From assembly GCA_964016885.1 (NCBI GenBank), contig OZ024761.1:30504001-30568000 (forward strand): a stretch of DNA of 64,000 nt, read 5' to 3'. The stretch is from Eledone cirrhosa. Its lineage: Eukaryota. Numbering within the stretch: the first letter of the stretch is position 1; each line of letters opens with the position of its first letter. This document shows positions 1 through 11,613 of the stretch, in pieces. A model generated the notes under the pieces. It did not search any database, was not told where the DNA came from, and saw nothing but the letters and a program-made list of their open reading frames with translations. Position numbers and translations under genes: made by a program.

Positions 1-70
1 TATATTTACACATATATATATGTGTCTGTGTGTCAGTCAAGTTTGTCCTCTTACCCATTTCTCTCTCCAG

Positions 71-174
71 GTGATGCCAACCATGAGAGGTTGACCCTGC
101 GTTCCGATGATGAGGAGTTGTTACAATATGCCATCCAACAGAGTATGATTGAAGTCGGCACAGAAAACGACCAG
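71..174 (+). CDS. ANKRD13: ANKRD13-family protein, internal coding exon (UIM region)
   Basis: ctccag acceptor and gtaaat donor. Encodes DANHERLTLRSDDEELLQYAIQQSMIEVGTENDQ, matching the ANKRD13 'DDDLLQFAIQQSLLEAGTExEQ' motif. Ends in phase 0. Confidence 0.9.
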
Positions 175-370
175 GTAAATTGTACGATTGAATCTCCTGC
201 TGACCCTTATGTAAGTGAACTACTTCTGAAAAACTAACTCAAATCATAAATCATCAATCAGTATCAATCAAATCAATCAGTCTCAGTCACAGTCAATCAG
301 TAGACGTTATTGTGGGTTTGTTGTTGTTGTTGGTTTTTTTTCTTCTTTCTTTTTTGTTTTTGTGCTTTTG

Positions 371-421
<51 letters not shown>

Positions 422-511
422 AATTTTTCATTCGCACCGTTTCCTTTCGCTATATGTCTCTCCACCACTCCCCTGCACACCTTTTGAACTCTGTTCCTAC
501 ACACTTCTCAC

Positions 512-542
512 CTGAGGAAGGGCTTATGCCCGAAACGTCGTC
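512..542 (+). ncRNA. Degenerate hammerhead-ribozyme-like core
   Basis: CTGAGGA-a-gggc-ttat-gccc-GAAAC-gtc-GTC. The core and stems II/III are present, but stem I does not pair. Confidence 0.35.
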
Positions 543-629
543 CCCCACCTAACCCCCACTCTCCTGAGCGTGAAATTAATAAACATTTATTGTACTGCCT
601 CTCTGTTTTGTCCCTGTTCAAATTTTTCC

Positions 630-673
<44 letters not shown>

Positions 674-691
674 ATATATATATATATATAT

Positions 692-803
692 ATAGGAACG
701 AGTAGGACCCCGACGGCTGAGCTCAAGCCGTTTCGACGGCTAATTCTGGACTTAGACGTCGAAACGGCTTGAGCTCAGCCGTCGGGGTCCTACTCGTTCC
801 TAT
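692..803. repeat. Perfect GC-rich inverted repeat (~47 bp arms, 18 nt loop) inserted in (TA)n
   Basis: ataggaacgagtaggaccccgacggctgagctcaagccgtttcgacg (692-738) is the exact reverse complement of 757-803. Confidence 0.9.
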
Positions 804-879
804 TACCCACTCTACTACCCTAAGTATTGAGTACTTTGGTGCGTTATGGTCCACCTGGTTCCTTACCACATTTCCTCCG

Positions 880-921
<42 letters not shown>

Positions 922-923
922 GT

Positions 924-1300
924 TTTGCGAGGTTTTTGATATGAAATCGTGTGTTGAAACAAATATTTTTATACTATTGCAAGAAATAATAACAGAACAC
1001 ACTCACTGTTTGGTTGGTTTTCGCTTCTGTATCTTTTATATCTCCATAGTTAATTTATTTGCCAATCAATGTTTATCATTGATTGACCAATGGTTAAAAA
1101 TACAGATATAAATATATATATATATAGTCTAACATGTTAGACTATATATATATTTTTATATCTGTATTATTATGCTGGCCGAATAAATTAATTATGGAGT
1201 TATAAAAGATGCAGAAGCGAAAACCAACCAAACAGTGAGTGTGTTCTGTTATTATTTCTGGCAATAGTATAACAATATGACCCTCCCCAAGTATAACAAT
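924..1300. mobile_element. Fold-back of PLE-type terminal sequences
   Basis: 971-1067 and 1175-1270 are ~95 bp imperfect inverted copies. They are followed by atgaccctccccaagtataac (same end as 9781-9802) and preceded by tgaaatcgtgtgttgaaac (also at ~18962). Confidence 0.55.
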
Positions 1301-1630
1301 ATATATATGTATATTTTTGCTTTTTATTTTGTTTTTTATATTTATTTATTTGTTTGTTTGTTGTCCCCTTACCTTACCTTCCTACCTCTCCTCTCTCTCT
1401 CCTTCCTTTCCCCTTCTCTGTTTCTTCCCTTACTCATATTACCCCCCCCCCCACGTTATCCTCCCGCCCTATCTCTCCCCTTCCTTACTTAAGCCTTCTG
1501 TCTCACCTCTCACTCTTATTACCTCCACCTCTTTCTATATTCTATTTGTTGACATCCCTCCCTTCCTCCTTCCTCTGTCTCTCCTCTCACTCATACTTAC
1601 ACCCACACCTCTTTCTATATTTTCCTATCC

Positions 1631-1665
<35 letters not shown>

Positions 1666-1784
1666 TTTTATTCTAGCCTCTGTTGTTCTGTTCCCCACTG
1701 CTCTCTCCATAAATACCCTGCTATACTCTTAGATATGTCACAGCTTTTTAATTAAAAATGAATAAATAATAATAATAATAATAA

Positions 1785-1940
1785 TTGTTTCTACTTTTGG
1801 CACAAGGCCAGCAATTTCCCAGTGCATTACTGGTACTTTATTTTATCGACCCCCGTAAGGAATGGAAGGCAAAGTTGACCTCGGCAGGATTTGAACCTCA
1901 GAATGGCAAGGGCCATAACTCTATGTGTGGCGTCCGACCC
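1785..1940 (-). mobile_element. tRNA-derived SINE (family of the 11.6-15.4 kb cluster)
   Basis: Reverse complement contains gttcaaatcctgccgagg, ggggtcgataaaataaagtaccag and gctggccttgtgcc, followed by an (ATT)n tail. Confidence 0.8.
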
Positions 1941-2494
1941 TCCTGAGTGCTACTGGCAGTATGTTACCTAGTTCAACCTGTCACATGGTCGAGTCATAGG
2001 CAATTCCACAATTTTATTAGAGAGCGGGGTGGTGATCTTGGACACCCCACAGGATGAAACAGAAAACCTGACAAAGGGCGGAGAAACTCAACAGCCATCC
2101 AATAGTGTGTACACTATCTCAGTTTGAAGACCAACCTGTATGTTGAAAAGCTACATCCTACACGAGGTGCCTCTGATATGGCTATCATAGGATAATCTAG
2201 CAGAACAGGTCGGATCTAGTAAGTCTCAATAAAAAATCCTGCTTGTCTCATAGTAAGCAGTAGCTCATGCGACGATCATCAGTTTAATTAGATGACCTTG
2301 GCTTCATAAACACCAGTGGCTTCACATATGATCAACTATTAATTCGACAATGGGTTGGTGCAACTGCTCCTGTTAGTGGAGAAATTTATGAGTATGCAAT
2401 TGTGGCAAGCCACATATATTCTAGACATATATACTGGTAGATAAGATTCAGCGATATACCAGTATATATGGCATTTATTATTTTGCCTTCTTGT

Positions 2495-2710
2495 TGAGGG
2501 CAGTGGATTGCCAGTATCGGTAGAGAGTCGGACATCATGCTTTGCAGCATAGAGTTACGGTCTGAGTTCAAATCCCGGCGAGGGTAATTTTGCCTTTCAT
2601 CCTTACGGGGTCGATAAAATAAAACACCAGTAATGTAGTGGGGTCGATTTAATCGACTCTCCTCTCCCCCCAAATTACTGGCCTTGTGCCTATACTAGAA
2701 ATCATTATTT
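2495..2710 (+). mobile_element. tRNA-derived SINE (same family)
   Basis: A-box-like start, B box gagttcaaatccc, gcctttcatccttacggggtcgataaaa core, att tail. Confidence 0.85.
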
Positions 2711-2900
2711 TGTCATCTTGTTTAATGCTTCATCTTCTGTCTTTCCCTCTTTTTCTTTATTTGTTCTTCTACCCCCCCCCCCCCCCCAACCCCAACCATC
2801 CTCTTGTGTCTTTCAATATGTTTGGCAGTGGGTGATTACATGGTTTACCTCTCCCTTCCTCTTTATTTCCCTTATTCCCTTTTCATTTAACTCCTAATCC

Positions 2901-3148
2901 TTAACCTTTTAGCATTTACGTTACTCTATATATACTATTGTATTTTCATGGTAAAGGCTTTATCTTACATAATTATCTCACACAATATCGAATCTATGAG
3001 ATTTTGACATGGTTTATTTTGAGAACAATACCATAACCTTTTGAATGCTCCAGGTGCATTAAGTCTCAAACAGAGTAATCCCCCCTTAATACTTAATACA
3101 GTGTCAAGGGAAGCAATTCATAAACATTTCTAGCCTGCAGAAGGTTAA
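2901..3148. mobile_element. Old TTAA-flanked MITE-like element
   Basis: Imperfect terminal inverted repeats ttaaccttttagca / tgcagaaggttaa. Confidence 0.4.
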
Positions 3149-3199
3149 CATCAATCAGTATTAGTGGCTGGTTACAGCTGGTTTGAACAGAAAGTGAAG

Positions 3200-3330
3200 A
3201 TGCACGGCTTAGTGGTTAGAGCATTGGGCTTGCAATCGAAAGGTTGTGAGTTTGATTCTCGGACTGGTGATGTGTTGTGTTCTTGAGCAAGACACTTTAT
3301 TTCACGTTGCTCCAGTTTACTCAGCAATAG
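3200..3330 (+). mobile_element. Second tRNA-derived SINE family
   Basis: tRNA-like head ggcttagtggttagagcatt...gagtttgattctc, then ttgagcaagacactttatttcac. An inverted copy lies at ~20095-20228. Confidence 0.75.
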
Positions 3331-3629
3331 AAATGTGTTGTGATCCTGCCAAATCAATGGGTGGCAGATCAAAAGACTGGTGTAGTGGTTCTGAGAACAA
3401 TGCGGCTTTGCAGATGATGAATGGAAAGGCACTCTTGCTCAAGTTAGAAGAGAACTATTGACCCTTAGAACCCCTGATTGTATTCAGCGACCAAAACAAA
3501 TACGAAGTACACCAAATCCAATGCTCCTAGGGGTGGCCCTGGTTCTTCATATTTGTGAGTGTAAACTCGGCCAGATTAGATTAGGTTGAACAGAAAGAGT
3601 CGAGAGAATTCTGTCCAGATACGGCTGGC

Positions 3630-3852
3630 TTAACTATTTAGCATTTAAACCGGCCGTATCCGGCCAGAATTATCTCTCCTCTTTCTGTTCAAACTGGCTG
3701 TAACTGGCCACTCATACTGACATTAAGGTATTGTTCTCAAAATAAATAATATCAAAATCTCATAGATTCAATATTATGTGAGATAATAATGTAAGATAAA
3801 GCCTTTGCTGCGAAAATACAACAGTATAGATAGAGAAATGTTAAAGGGTTAA
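3630..3852. mobile_element. Old TTAA-flanked MITE-like element
   Basis: Terminal inverted repeats ttaactatttagcattt / aaatgttaaagggttaa, similar to the ends at 2901-3148. Confidence 0.45.
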
Positions 3853-4309
3853 ATGCTAAACCAGTTGTCATCTGGTGTTCTATTATAATGTCATTCTATT
3901 ATTCTGTCATTCTGTTCTCCCTGCTCTGCATGATATTATTCTTATCAGTTTTGCTTTTTTTATCCACACACATTCAGTAGCTTCTTTCTTTATTTCTTTT
4001 TATTTTGTTTTGTTTGCTGTCTGCTCTGTTTTTTTTGTTTTTGTTTTGTGTGTGTGTTTTTGTTTTTGTTTTCTCTCTATATTTATGCTATGCTGGGGCT
4101 TCATTCTTTGCTAACTCATTAACATTATTATTTTTATTATTATCATTATTATTATTGTAATTGTTATATAATTAATAAATAAATGTTGTATATATATATA
4201 TATATAGGTATATATACATACAAACACACACACATATATATATAAATATATATATGTTTATGTATACATACATATATATATATATGTTTATATATGCATA
4301 CATACACAC

Positions 4310-4340
<31 letters not shown>

Positions 4341-4500
4341 ACACATACATAAATGTATATATATGTATGTGTATATATATAAATATATATATGTTTATAT
4401 ATACATACATACACACATATATATATATACATATATATATATATCACACATACATAAATGTATATATATGTATGTGTATATATATAAATATATATATGTT

Positions 4501-4535
<35 letters not shown>

Positions 4536-4740
4536 TTATGTACATTATTATTATCATCACCTTATATTTTGTCTTAGATGTTATCTTGCTGCACTTGTGC
4601 ATATTTTATTGCAGTTGGATGCATCTAGCATCTTTGCACCTGTACAGCTTTTATTATATACAACATCTGTCTGTGTGTACAAAAGAAATGTGTGAGTGGA
4701 AGGATATAGTATACTGCTGTTCTACATCAGGAAGATCTCT

Positions 4741-5168
4741 CCCGTCCTAGCTACAGTGGGGTCTGTGCTGCTGTACGGATCTGAGACGTGGACCCTGATA
4801 AAGAGACTCACCCAGATGCTGGATGGGTGCTACATGAGGATGCCTCTGAACATCAATTAGTATGCACTGAAGATGAAAAACTCTGAGCTGCACAGGAGCC
4901 TCCCAAAAGTCAGCTCAAAACTGACACGGAGGAGACTGAGGTTAGCTGGGCCTGCTCACCGGCATTCAGAGTTGACACTGCACTCAGTGGTCCTGTGGGA
5001 GCCCCTACATGGACACACTAGAAGAAGGAGACCGATCATGACATTTGCTGATGCCCTAAGGACAGGCACTGGTCTCTGGGGGATGCAGGACATGGCAGCG
5101 ATGATATGAGGGACAGAGACTGCTGGAGATAACTTGTCCATGGATCTCGAGAATTTTACCCGTCCTAG
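4741..5168 (+). mobile_element. 5'-truncated RTE-like LINE, 3' end of ORF (degenerate)
   Basis: Translates [26 protein letters not shown]..(stop)..KLTRRRLRLAGPAHRH..VVLWEPLHG..RRRP, typical post-RT motifs. cccgtcctag occurs at both ends (possible TSD). Confidence 0.8.
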
Positions 5169-5198
5169 AAAATGTATATATGTATATATATATATGTG

Positions 5199-5247
<49 letters not shown>

Positions 5248-5311
5248 ATGTCAGGGGCGTGCATGCAACGCATATAGTGCATGCGTTATAGAACCTTGAG
5301 TTGAGGAATTG

Positions 5312-6142
<831 letters not shown>

Positions 6143-6324
6143 CTAGATAACACTATATGTGGCTTTGACCTGGAGAGTCATTTAGAGGGAATCGGGGGGG
6201 GAGGTTAAGGCTGCACAGCCCCACCTACCGCCATGGCGATTGGACTGCATGGCCTGCTTTCCAGGTTACCCTTTGCCACTGGTATATGTATATATGTATA
6301 TGTATATATGTGTATATATATATA

Positions 6325-6720
6325 TGAATGGAATAGAATTAAATGAAATTTCATTTCTCACTCTTAGTACGGCAGTTACTTAAATGTAAGTATGTATGTA
6401 TTTATACGTACATACATATATGTATACAGACGTACAGTAGTATGTATATATATACATACATGCACACATATATATATGCATGTATCGGTTTACCGAACAT
6501 TTATTATAATGCTCGGTTTGTTTGTTTGTAAACAAACAAACAGCCCGAATTACGCCGTACAGTGTTTAGGCAACCACGTCACCTTTTTGTTCAACACTGA
6601 CACAGGAACGATGTACTAGTTTCAAGCTTATTAGCTATCATCAGCATCGTATACCTTCCGGCCAGATGGTTGAACGTCTGAAAGTATATACTTTCCTTAT
6701 GCATATTAATGGCTATACAT
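6325..6720 (-). mobile_element. PLE-type terminal repeat fragment with hammerhead (paralogue of 24333-24780)
   Basis: Clear homology to 24333-24720. Embedded in TA-rich microsatellite and contains a hammerhead core. Confidence 0.7.
6608..6650 (-). ncRNA. Minimal type I hammerhead ribozyme
   Basis: Minus strand reads acgatg-CTGATGA-t-agct-aata-agct-t-GAAAC-ta-GTA-catcgt: 6 bp stem I, stem II, 2 bp stem III with palindromic CTAG, GUA cleavage triplet. Confidence 0.8.
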
Positions 6721-6985
6721 ATATATATACATATTAACGGCTATACATATATATATACACATATATATACATATATGTATACACATATATATATAGGTGT
6801 ATATATATATATGAATATGTGTATATATATATGTGCATGTGTATATATATATGCGTATATATATATGCGTATATATATATATATATGCGTATATATATAT
6901 ATATACACATATACATATATATATGCGTATATATATATGCGTATATATATATATATATGCGTATATATATATATATATATATACG

Positions 6986-7049
<64 letters not shown>

Positions 7050-7219
7050 GTATGTATATATATATTTGCGTATATATGTATGTATATATATATATATTTG
7101 TATAATATATGTAATATATGCGTATATATATATATATATATATATATTTGTATAATATATGTATGTATATATATATATGCGTATATATGTATATATATAT
7201 ATGTATAATATTTGTATGC

Positions 7220-7257
<38 letters not shown>

Positions 7258-7269
7258 GTATGTATATAT

Positions 7270-7905
7270 ATTCATTAGTTAAGCAAAACAAGACCACAAA
7301 CTTCACAACGAAGACATTATTTAAAGATTGTCAACATAGTTGCAGTTTAATGTAAGGAATAGGAGTGCAAATATAGTTTAATGTAAGGAATAAGGAGTGT
7401 AAATATAGTTTAATGTAAGGAATAAGGAGTGTAAATATAGTTTAATGTAAGGAATAAGGAGTGTAAATATAGTTTAATGTAAGGAATAAGGAGTGCAAAT
7501 ATAGTTTAATGTAAGGAATAAGGAGTGTAAATATAGTTTAATGTAAGGAATAAGGAGTGTCAATATAGTTTAATGTAAGGAATAAGGAGTGTAAATATAG
7601 TTTAATGTAAGGAATAAGGAGTGTAAATATAGTTTAATGTAAGGAATAAGGAGTGTAAATATAGTTTAATGTAAGGAATAAGGAGTGTAAATATAGTTTA
7701 ATGTAAGGAACTCCTTATTCCTTACATTAAACTATATTTACACTCCTTATTCCTTACATTAAACTATATTTACACTCCTTATTCCTTACATTAAACTATA
7801 TTTGCACTCCTTATTCCTTACATTAAACTGCAACTATGTTGACAATCTTTAAATAATGTCTTCGTTGTGAAATTTGTGGTCTTGTTTTTTTTTAACTAAT
7901 GAATA
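7270..7905. repeat. Fold-back containing a 32 bp minisatellite (~11 forward copies, ~4 inverted)
   Basis: Unit agtttaatgtaaggaataaggagtgtaaatat. Orientation flips at ~7710, and the ~75 bp unique flanks (7270-7345, 7828-7905) are inverted copies. Confidence 0.9.
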
Positions 7906-8180
7906 TTTCCAGCTCTGTGCACCTAACCTCTGCATGAACCCAGCCACCTAGTTGCCTTCCACTGCATATTGCACATTGAGCACATGCCTTTACGCTTTTG
8001 GCTTCTAACAAATTCACCAATCTCTCTTCTCTCCTATCTCCATCTCTCTCTTTACGATTGGTTTACTCTTGAACTGTGTATATGTATGTATATATATATA
8101 TATGTATAATATATGTATGTATATATGTATATATATGTGTATATATGTAGATATATACATTGGTTATTGATTAGGCGATA

Positions 8181-8290
8181 CCTGCTGATGAAGCCACATA
8201 AGCCGATTGTGCATTGTTGCATAATATATGCAGACGGATGGTACTGTGCACCTTACTGCTGCATTAGTGCAGCCGAAACTCGTGTCCGGG
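8181..8290 (+). ncRNA. Hammerhead-like motif with expanded stem II domain
   Basis: cctg-CTGATGA-(~83 nt containing hairpins, the last gctgca-ttag-tgcagc)-GAAAC-tcgt-GTC-cggg. Confidence 0.45.
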
Positions 8291-8449
8291 AACTATTATA
8301 GGCACCTGTTTTATGTGTGTTGTATTGAAGCAAATAACTATGTGTATACTCTGGTAATGTATCTTACATTACCCATGGAGTACACCCGGTCCTGTCATTG
8401 ATAAATATGCTGGGTGTGTCAACTCCTTATTATATATATATATATATAT

Positions 8450-9860
8450 ATTATACTTAGGGAGGGCCATGTTGCCAATAAGAAACACACGCACCAGTTG
8501 CTTTCACTCCAATTTATTATAAATAAAATTTCTAAATTTAAAAAATTTATAAATTTCTGGTTGGTTGTCCATATATTGTCAAAGTTCTTTCGTCACACAT
8601 TCTGTGACCTCATCAGTGACCATGGATTCTTTTCTTTGTTTTGTGCCTCTCCTTTGTTCTGTCCTACGGCATCTTGTTTTTGTGTGTGTTGTGTGCTTAG
8701 TTTGCGCATGTCTATGCAAGCAGAGAGATAAAATCAGAGTAAAAGCAAGAGCCAGAACCAGATGGGAAAAAAATGGTAAATAATGATACAAATGGGACCT
8801 GCCCCTTATATAGGAGCAAAGTTTGGAATAGAATAGAAAGAACTAGGAATAAGGTTAATAGAATAAACTCATGGTATGATAGCAATAAATACCAGAGTGT
8901 AATGTTCATCAATACAACCCCTAGAGGTGAACTAGCTTACAAATTTAGAAAGGCCCTAGATAAACTTAAACAAAATATTAAGATAGTGGAAAGACCAGGT
9001 ACCTCCATAAAAACACTTAGTAGTAATACATACCCTTTTCAAAGACCTCCCTGTATAGATAAATGCATAATCTGTAAACTAAGCCCCCATATTAACTGCA
9101 AAACTAGAAACATAGTATATAGCATAAGATGTACTGAGGGACAATGTAAAGATAAGAATATAATGTACATAGGTGAGACAACTCGTAGCATAGGAGAACG
9201 ATTAAATGAACACTGGCGAGAGCTTCAAGATAGAAAAGACTCATCAGTACTCTACCAACATGCTAAAATAGAACATAAGGGCAAATTAGAGAACATAGAA
9301 ATAAAAATAAAATCTACACACAGAAAAGACGCAATGTTTAGTTAAATCACAGAGGCAATAAACATAAATGAACTCCAACCAAAATTAAATAGAAAACATG
9401 AATGGAATAGCAACATCACAACTTACAATTAAGGACAAAATGAAAACACACACACACATACAACAAACAACCAACTAGTAACATGTAAATAAACAAATAA
9501 AAACATACACAGACACCCGGATGTAACACATGCGCAAACAAGGCACACAACACACACAAAAACAAGATGGTGTAGGACAGAACAAAGGAGAGGCACAAAA
9601 CAAAGAAAAGAATCCGTGGTCACTGATGAGGTCACAGAATGTTTGACAATATATGGACAACCATCGGGTTGTGGAACCAACCAACCAACCAACTGGAAAT
9701 TTATAAATTTTTTAAATTTATAATTTACTTTATAATAAATTGGAGTGAAAGCAACTGGTGCGTGTGTTTCTTATTGGCAACATGACCCTCCCAAAGTATA
9801 ACACTATCGGTTTCAACACGTTTTCAGATAAAGAATCTTGCTAAACAAATTCAGAAACGA
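8450..9860 (+). mobile_element. Penelope-like element, 5'-truncated: inverted terminal repeat, linker/GIY-YIG endonuclease, terminal repeat
   Basis: The frame at ~8712-9432 encodes a Cys-rich knuckle (CIDKCIIC..C) and VYSIRC..C..YIGETTRSIGERLNEH..SVLYQH..H. After an in-frame TAA at 9343 it continues ITEAINI..PKLNRKHEW. 8450-8711 is an inverted copy of ~9528-9800. Confidence 0.92.
8578..8620 (-). ncRNA. Minimal type I hammerhead in the inverted PLE terminal repeat
   Basis: Minus strand reads gtca-CTGATGA-g-gtcaca-gaatg-tgtgac-GAAAG-aa-CTT-tgac. Stems I, II and III all pair. Confidence 0.65.
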
Positions 9861-10485
9861 TATATATATATATATATATATAGATGTGTGTGTGTATACA
9901 ATTGAAACTATGAGAGGAATGAACACCAATACAAGTGTACATGTGTTCGAATTGTAAATGACCAAGTTAGCTAGGTTGAAAAATACTAATTTAAAACAAT
10001 ATGGTTTGCCTGTCTCGATTTAAAGTAATAAATCAATAAAAACAACAAACCTATATCGGGCAACTGCCGTTTGATACCAGGACAGATCTAAATCTGTTTC
10101 GCAACAATTATTAAGTGAAAGTCACTATTTCTGTGCTCTTCTGTGGGTATCCAGGAAATTCGTACCTTTCACTTCAAAAGATTTAAGAAGACTGAAACTA
10201 TGTGTTGGTGAACGCACATGTTACAGCGCCTAACGCGTCCCATACTCGTGCCGCTAAAAATAGCAGCCGGTTTTATGGGATGTTTATGTATATATATATA
10301 TATATAACCCTCTACTTTCCCTCTCTGCCCCCCACTACCTTTCTGATCATCTCTCTCTCCCCTCCTAACCCACTCCTCTCCCCATCTCTTTTCTTCTCTG
10401 CCCTTACCCCCTCCCCCCTCACCCGTATCTCACTTTCCATCCATCCTAACCCTCTCTAATCTCTCCTATTTCCTATATTCCACAG

Positions 10486-10565
10486 GTCACATTCTGGGAA
10501 GCCCTCAACAAAAGTCGGCCCTCCACCAACAACTCAACCATTGAAGAAGAACGTTGGCTACAAAG
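10486..10565 (+). CDS. ANKRD13: ANKRD13-family protein, penultimate coding exon
   Basis: Pyrimidine tract plus cacag acceptor, gtgaat donor. Encodes VTFWEALNKSRPSTNNSTIEEERWLQ(R), continuing in frame from the exon at 71-174 (ANKRD13 'QVTxWEAL'). Too short for the ORF track. Confidence 0.9.
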
Positions 10566-10687
10566 GTGAATAAATGGCGAACTTTTCTTTCTTTAACAAC
10601 CACATTGTATATGTATGTGTGTATATATGCATATGTGTATATATGTATATATATGTATATATGTGTGTGTGTGTGTGTCTGTGTGTA

Positions 10688-10732
<45 letters not shown>

Positions 10733-10763
10733 ATGTGTATATATATATGTGTATATATATATG

Positions 10764-10796
<33 letters not shown>

Positions 10797-10827
10797 GTGT
10801 GTGTGTGTCTGTGTGTATATATGTGTG

Positions 10828-10864
<37 letters not shown>

Positions 10865-11017
10865 ATGTGTATATATATATGTGTATATATATGTGTGTAT
10901 ATATATATATGTGTGTGTATATATGTATATGTGTGTGTATATATATATGTGTGTGTATATATGTATATGTGTATATATGTATGTGTGTGTGTATTTATAT
11001 TTGTGTGTGTGTGTATA

Positions 11018-11060
<43 letters not shown>

Positions 11061-11180
11061 ATATATAATGTATATATATATATATGTGTGTGTGTATATA
11101 TAATGTATATATATATATATGTGTGTGTGTGTATATATAATGTGTATATATATATGTGTGTGTGTGTGTGTGTATATATA

Positions 11181-11226
<46 letters not shown>

Positions 11227-11258
11227 ATATATAATGTGTATATGTGTTTTATTTCTAG

Positions 11259-11511
11259 AGCCATTGCCGAGAGTATCCGTTTGGCAAATCTTGAAGTAGA
11301 CGGCGGAATCATCCGAACAAACTGTCCCGAGCCGTTACCAACGGCGACCCCAACAGCAACACCAATGGCGACACCTAGCTCTGACGAAGACGACCAGCTG
11401 AGGATTGCCATGGAAATGTCCCAGAAACAACAGAGAGAGGAAGAGATACGGAGGAAGGCAGAGGAGGAAGAGCTTGATCGGATTCTGCAACTCTCGCTCA
11501 CCGAGAAATAA
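11259..11511 (+). CDS. ANKRD13: ANKRD13-family protein, last coding exon (tandem UIMs, stop)
   Basis: ttctag acceptor, phase matches the previous exon (AG|A = Arg). Encodes AIAESI...DEDDQLRIAMEMSQKQQREEEIRRKAEEEELDRILQLSLTEK*, the typical ANKRD13 C-terminus. Confidence 0.92.
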
Positions 11512-11560
11512 AAAAAAAAGATAACCAGCACAGCATCACAGCCATCATTGCTATTGATAC

Positions 11561-11610
<50 letters not shown>

Positions 11611-11613
11611 TTG

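Noticed and set aside
1317-1755. Leu/Ser/Pro-rich ORFs
   Set aside because: Low-complexity polypyrimidine intron sequence.
3200-3270. tRNA gene (also the heads of the SINE cluster copies)
   Set aside because: The cloverleaf is incomplete and runs straight into SINE body sequence.
9343-9345. Programmed readthrough or selenocysteine in the PLE endonuclease
   Set aside because: The stop is TAA, not TGA, at a position where CAA (Gln) is expected. It is best explained as a nonsense mutation.
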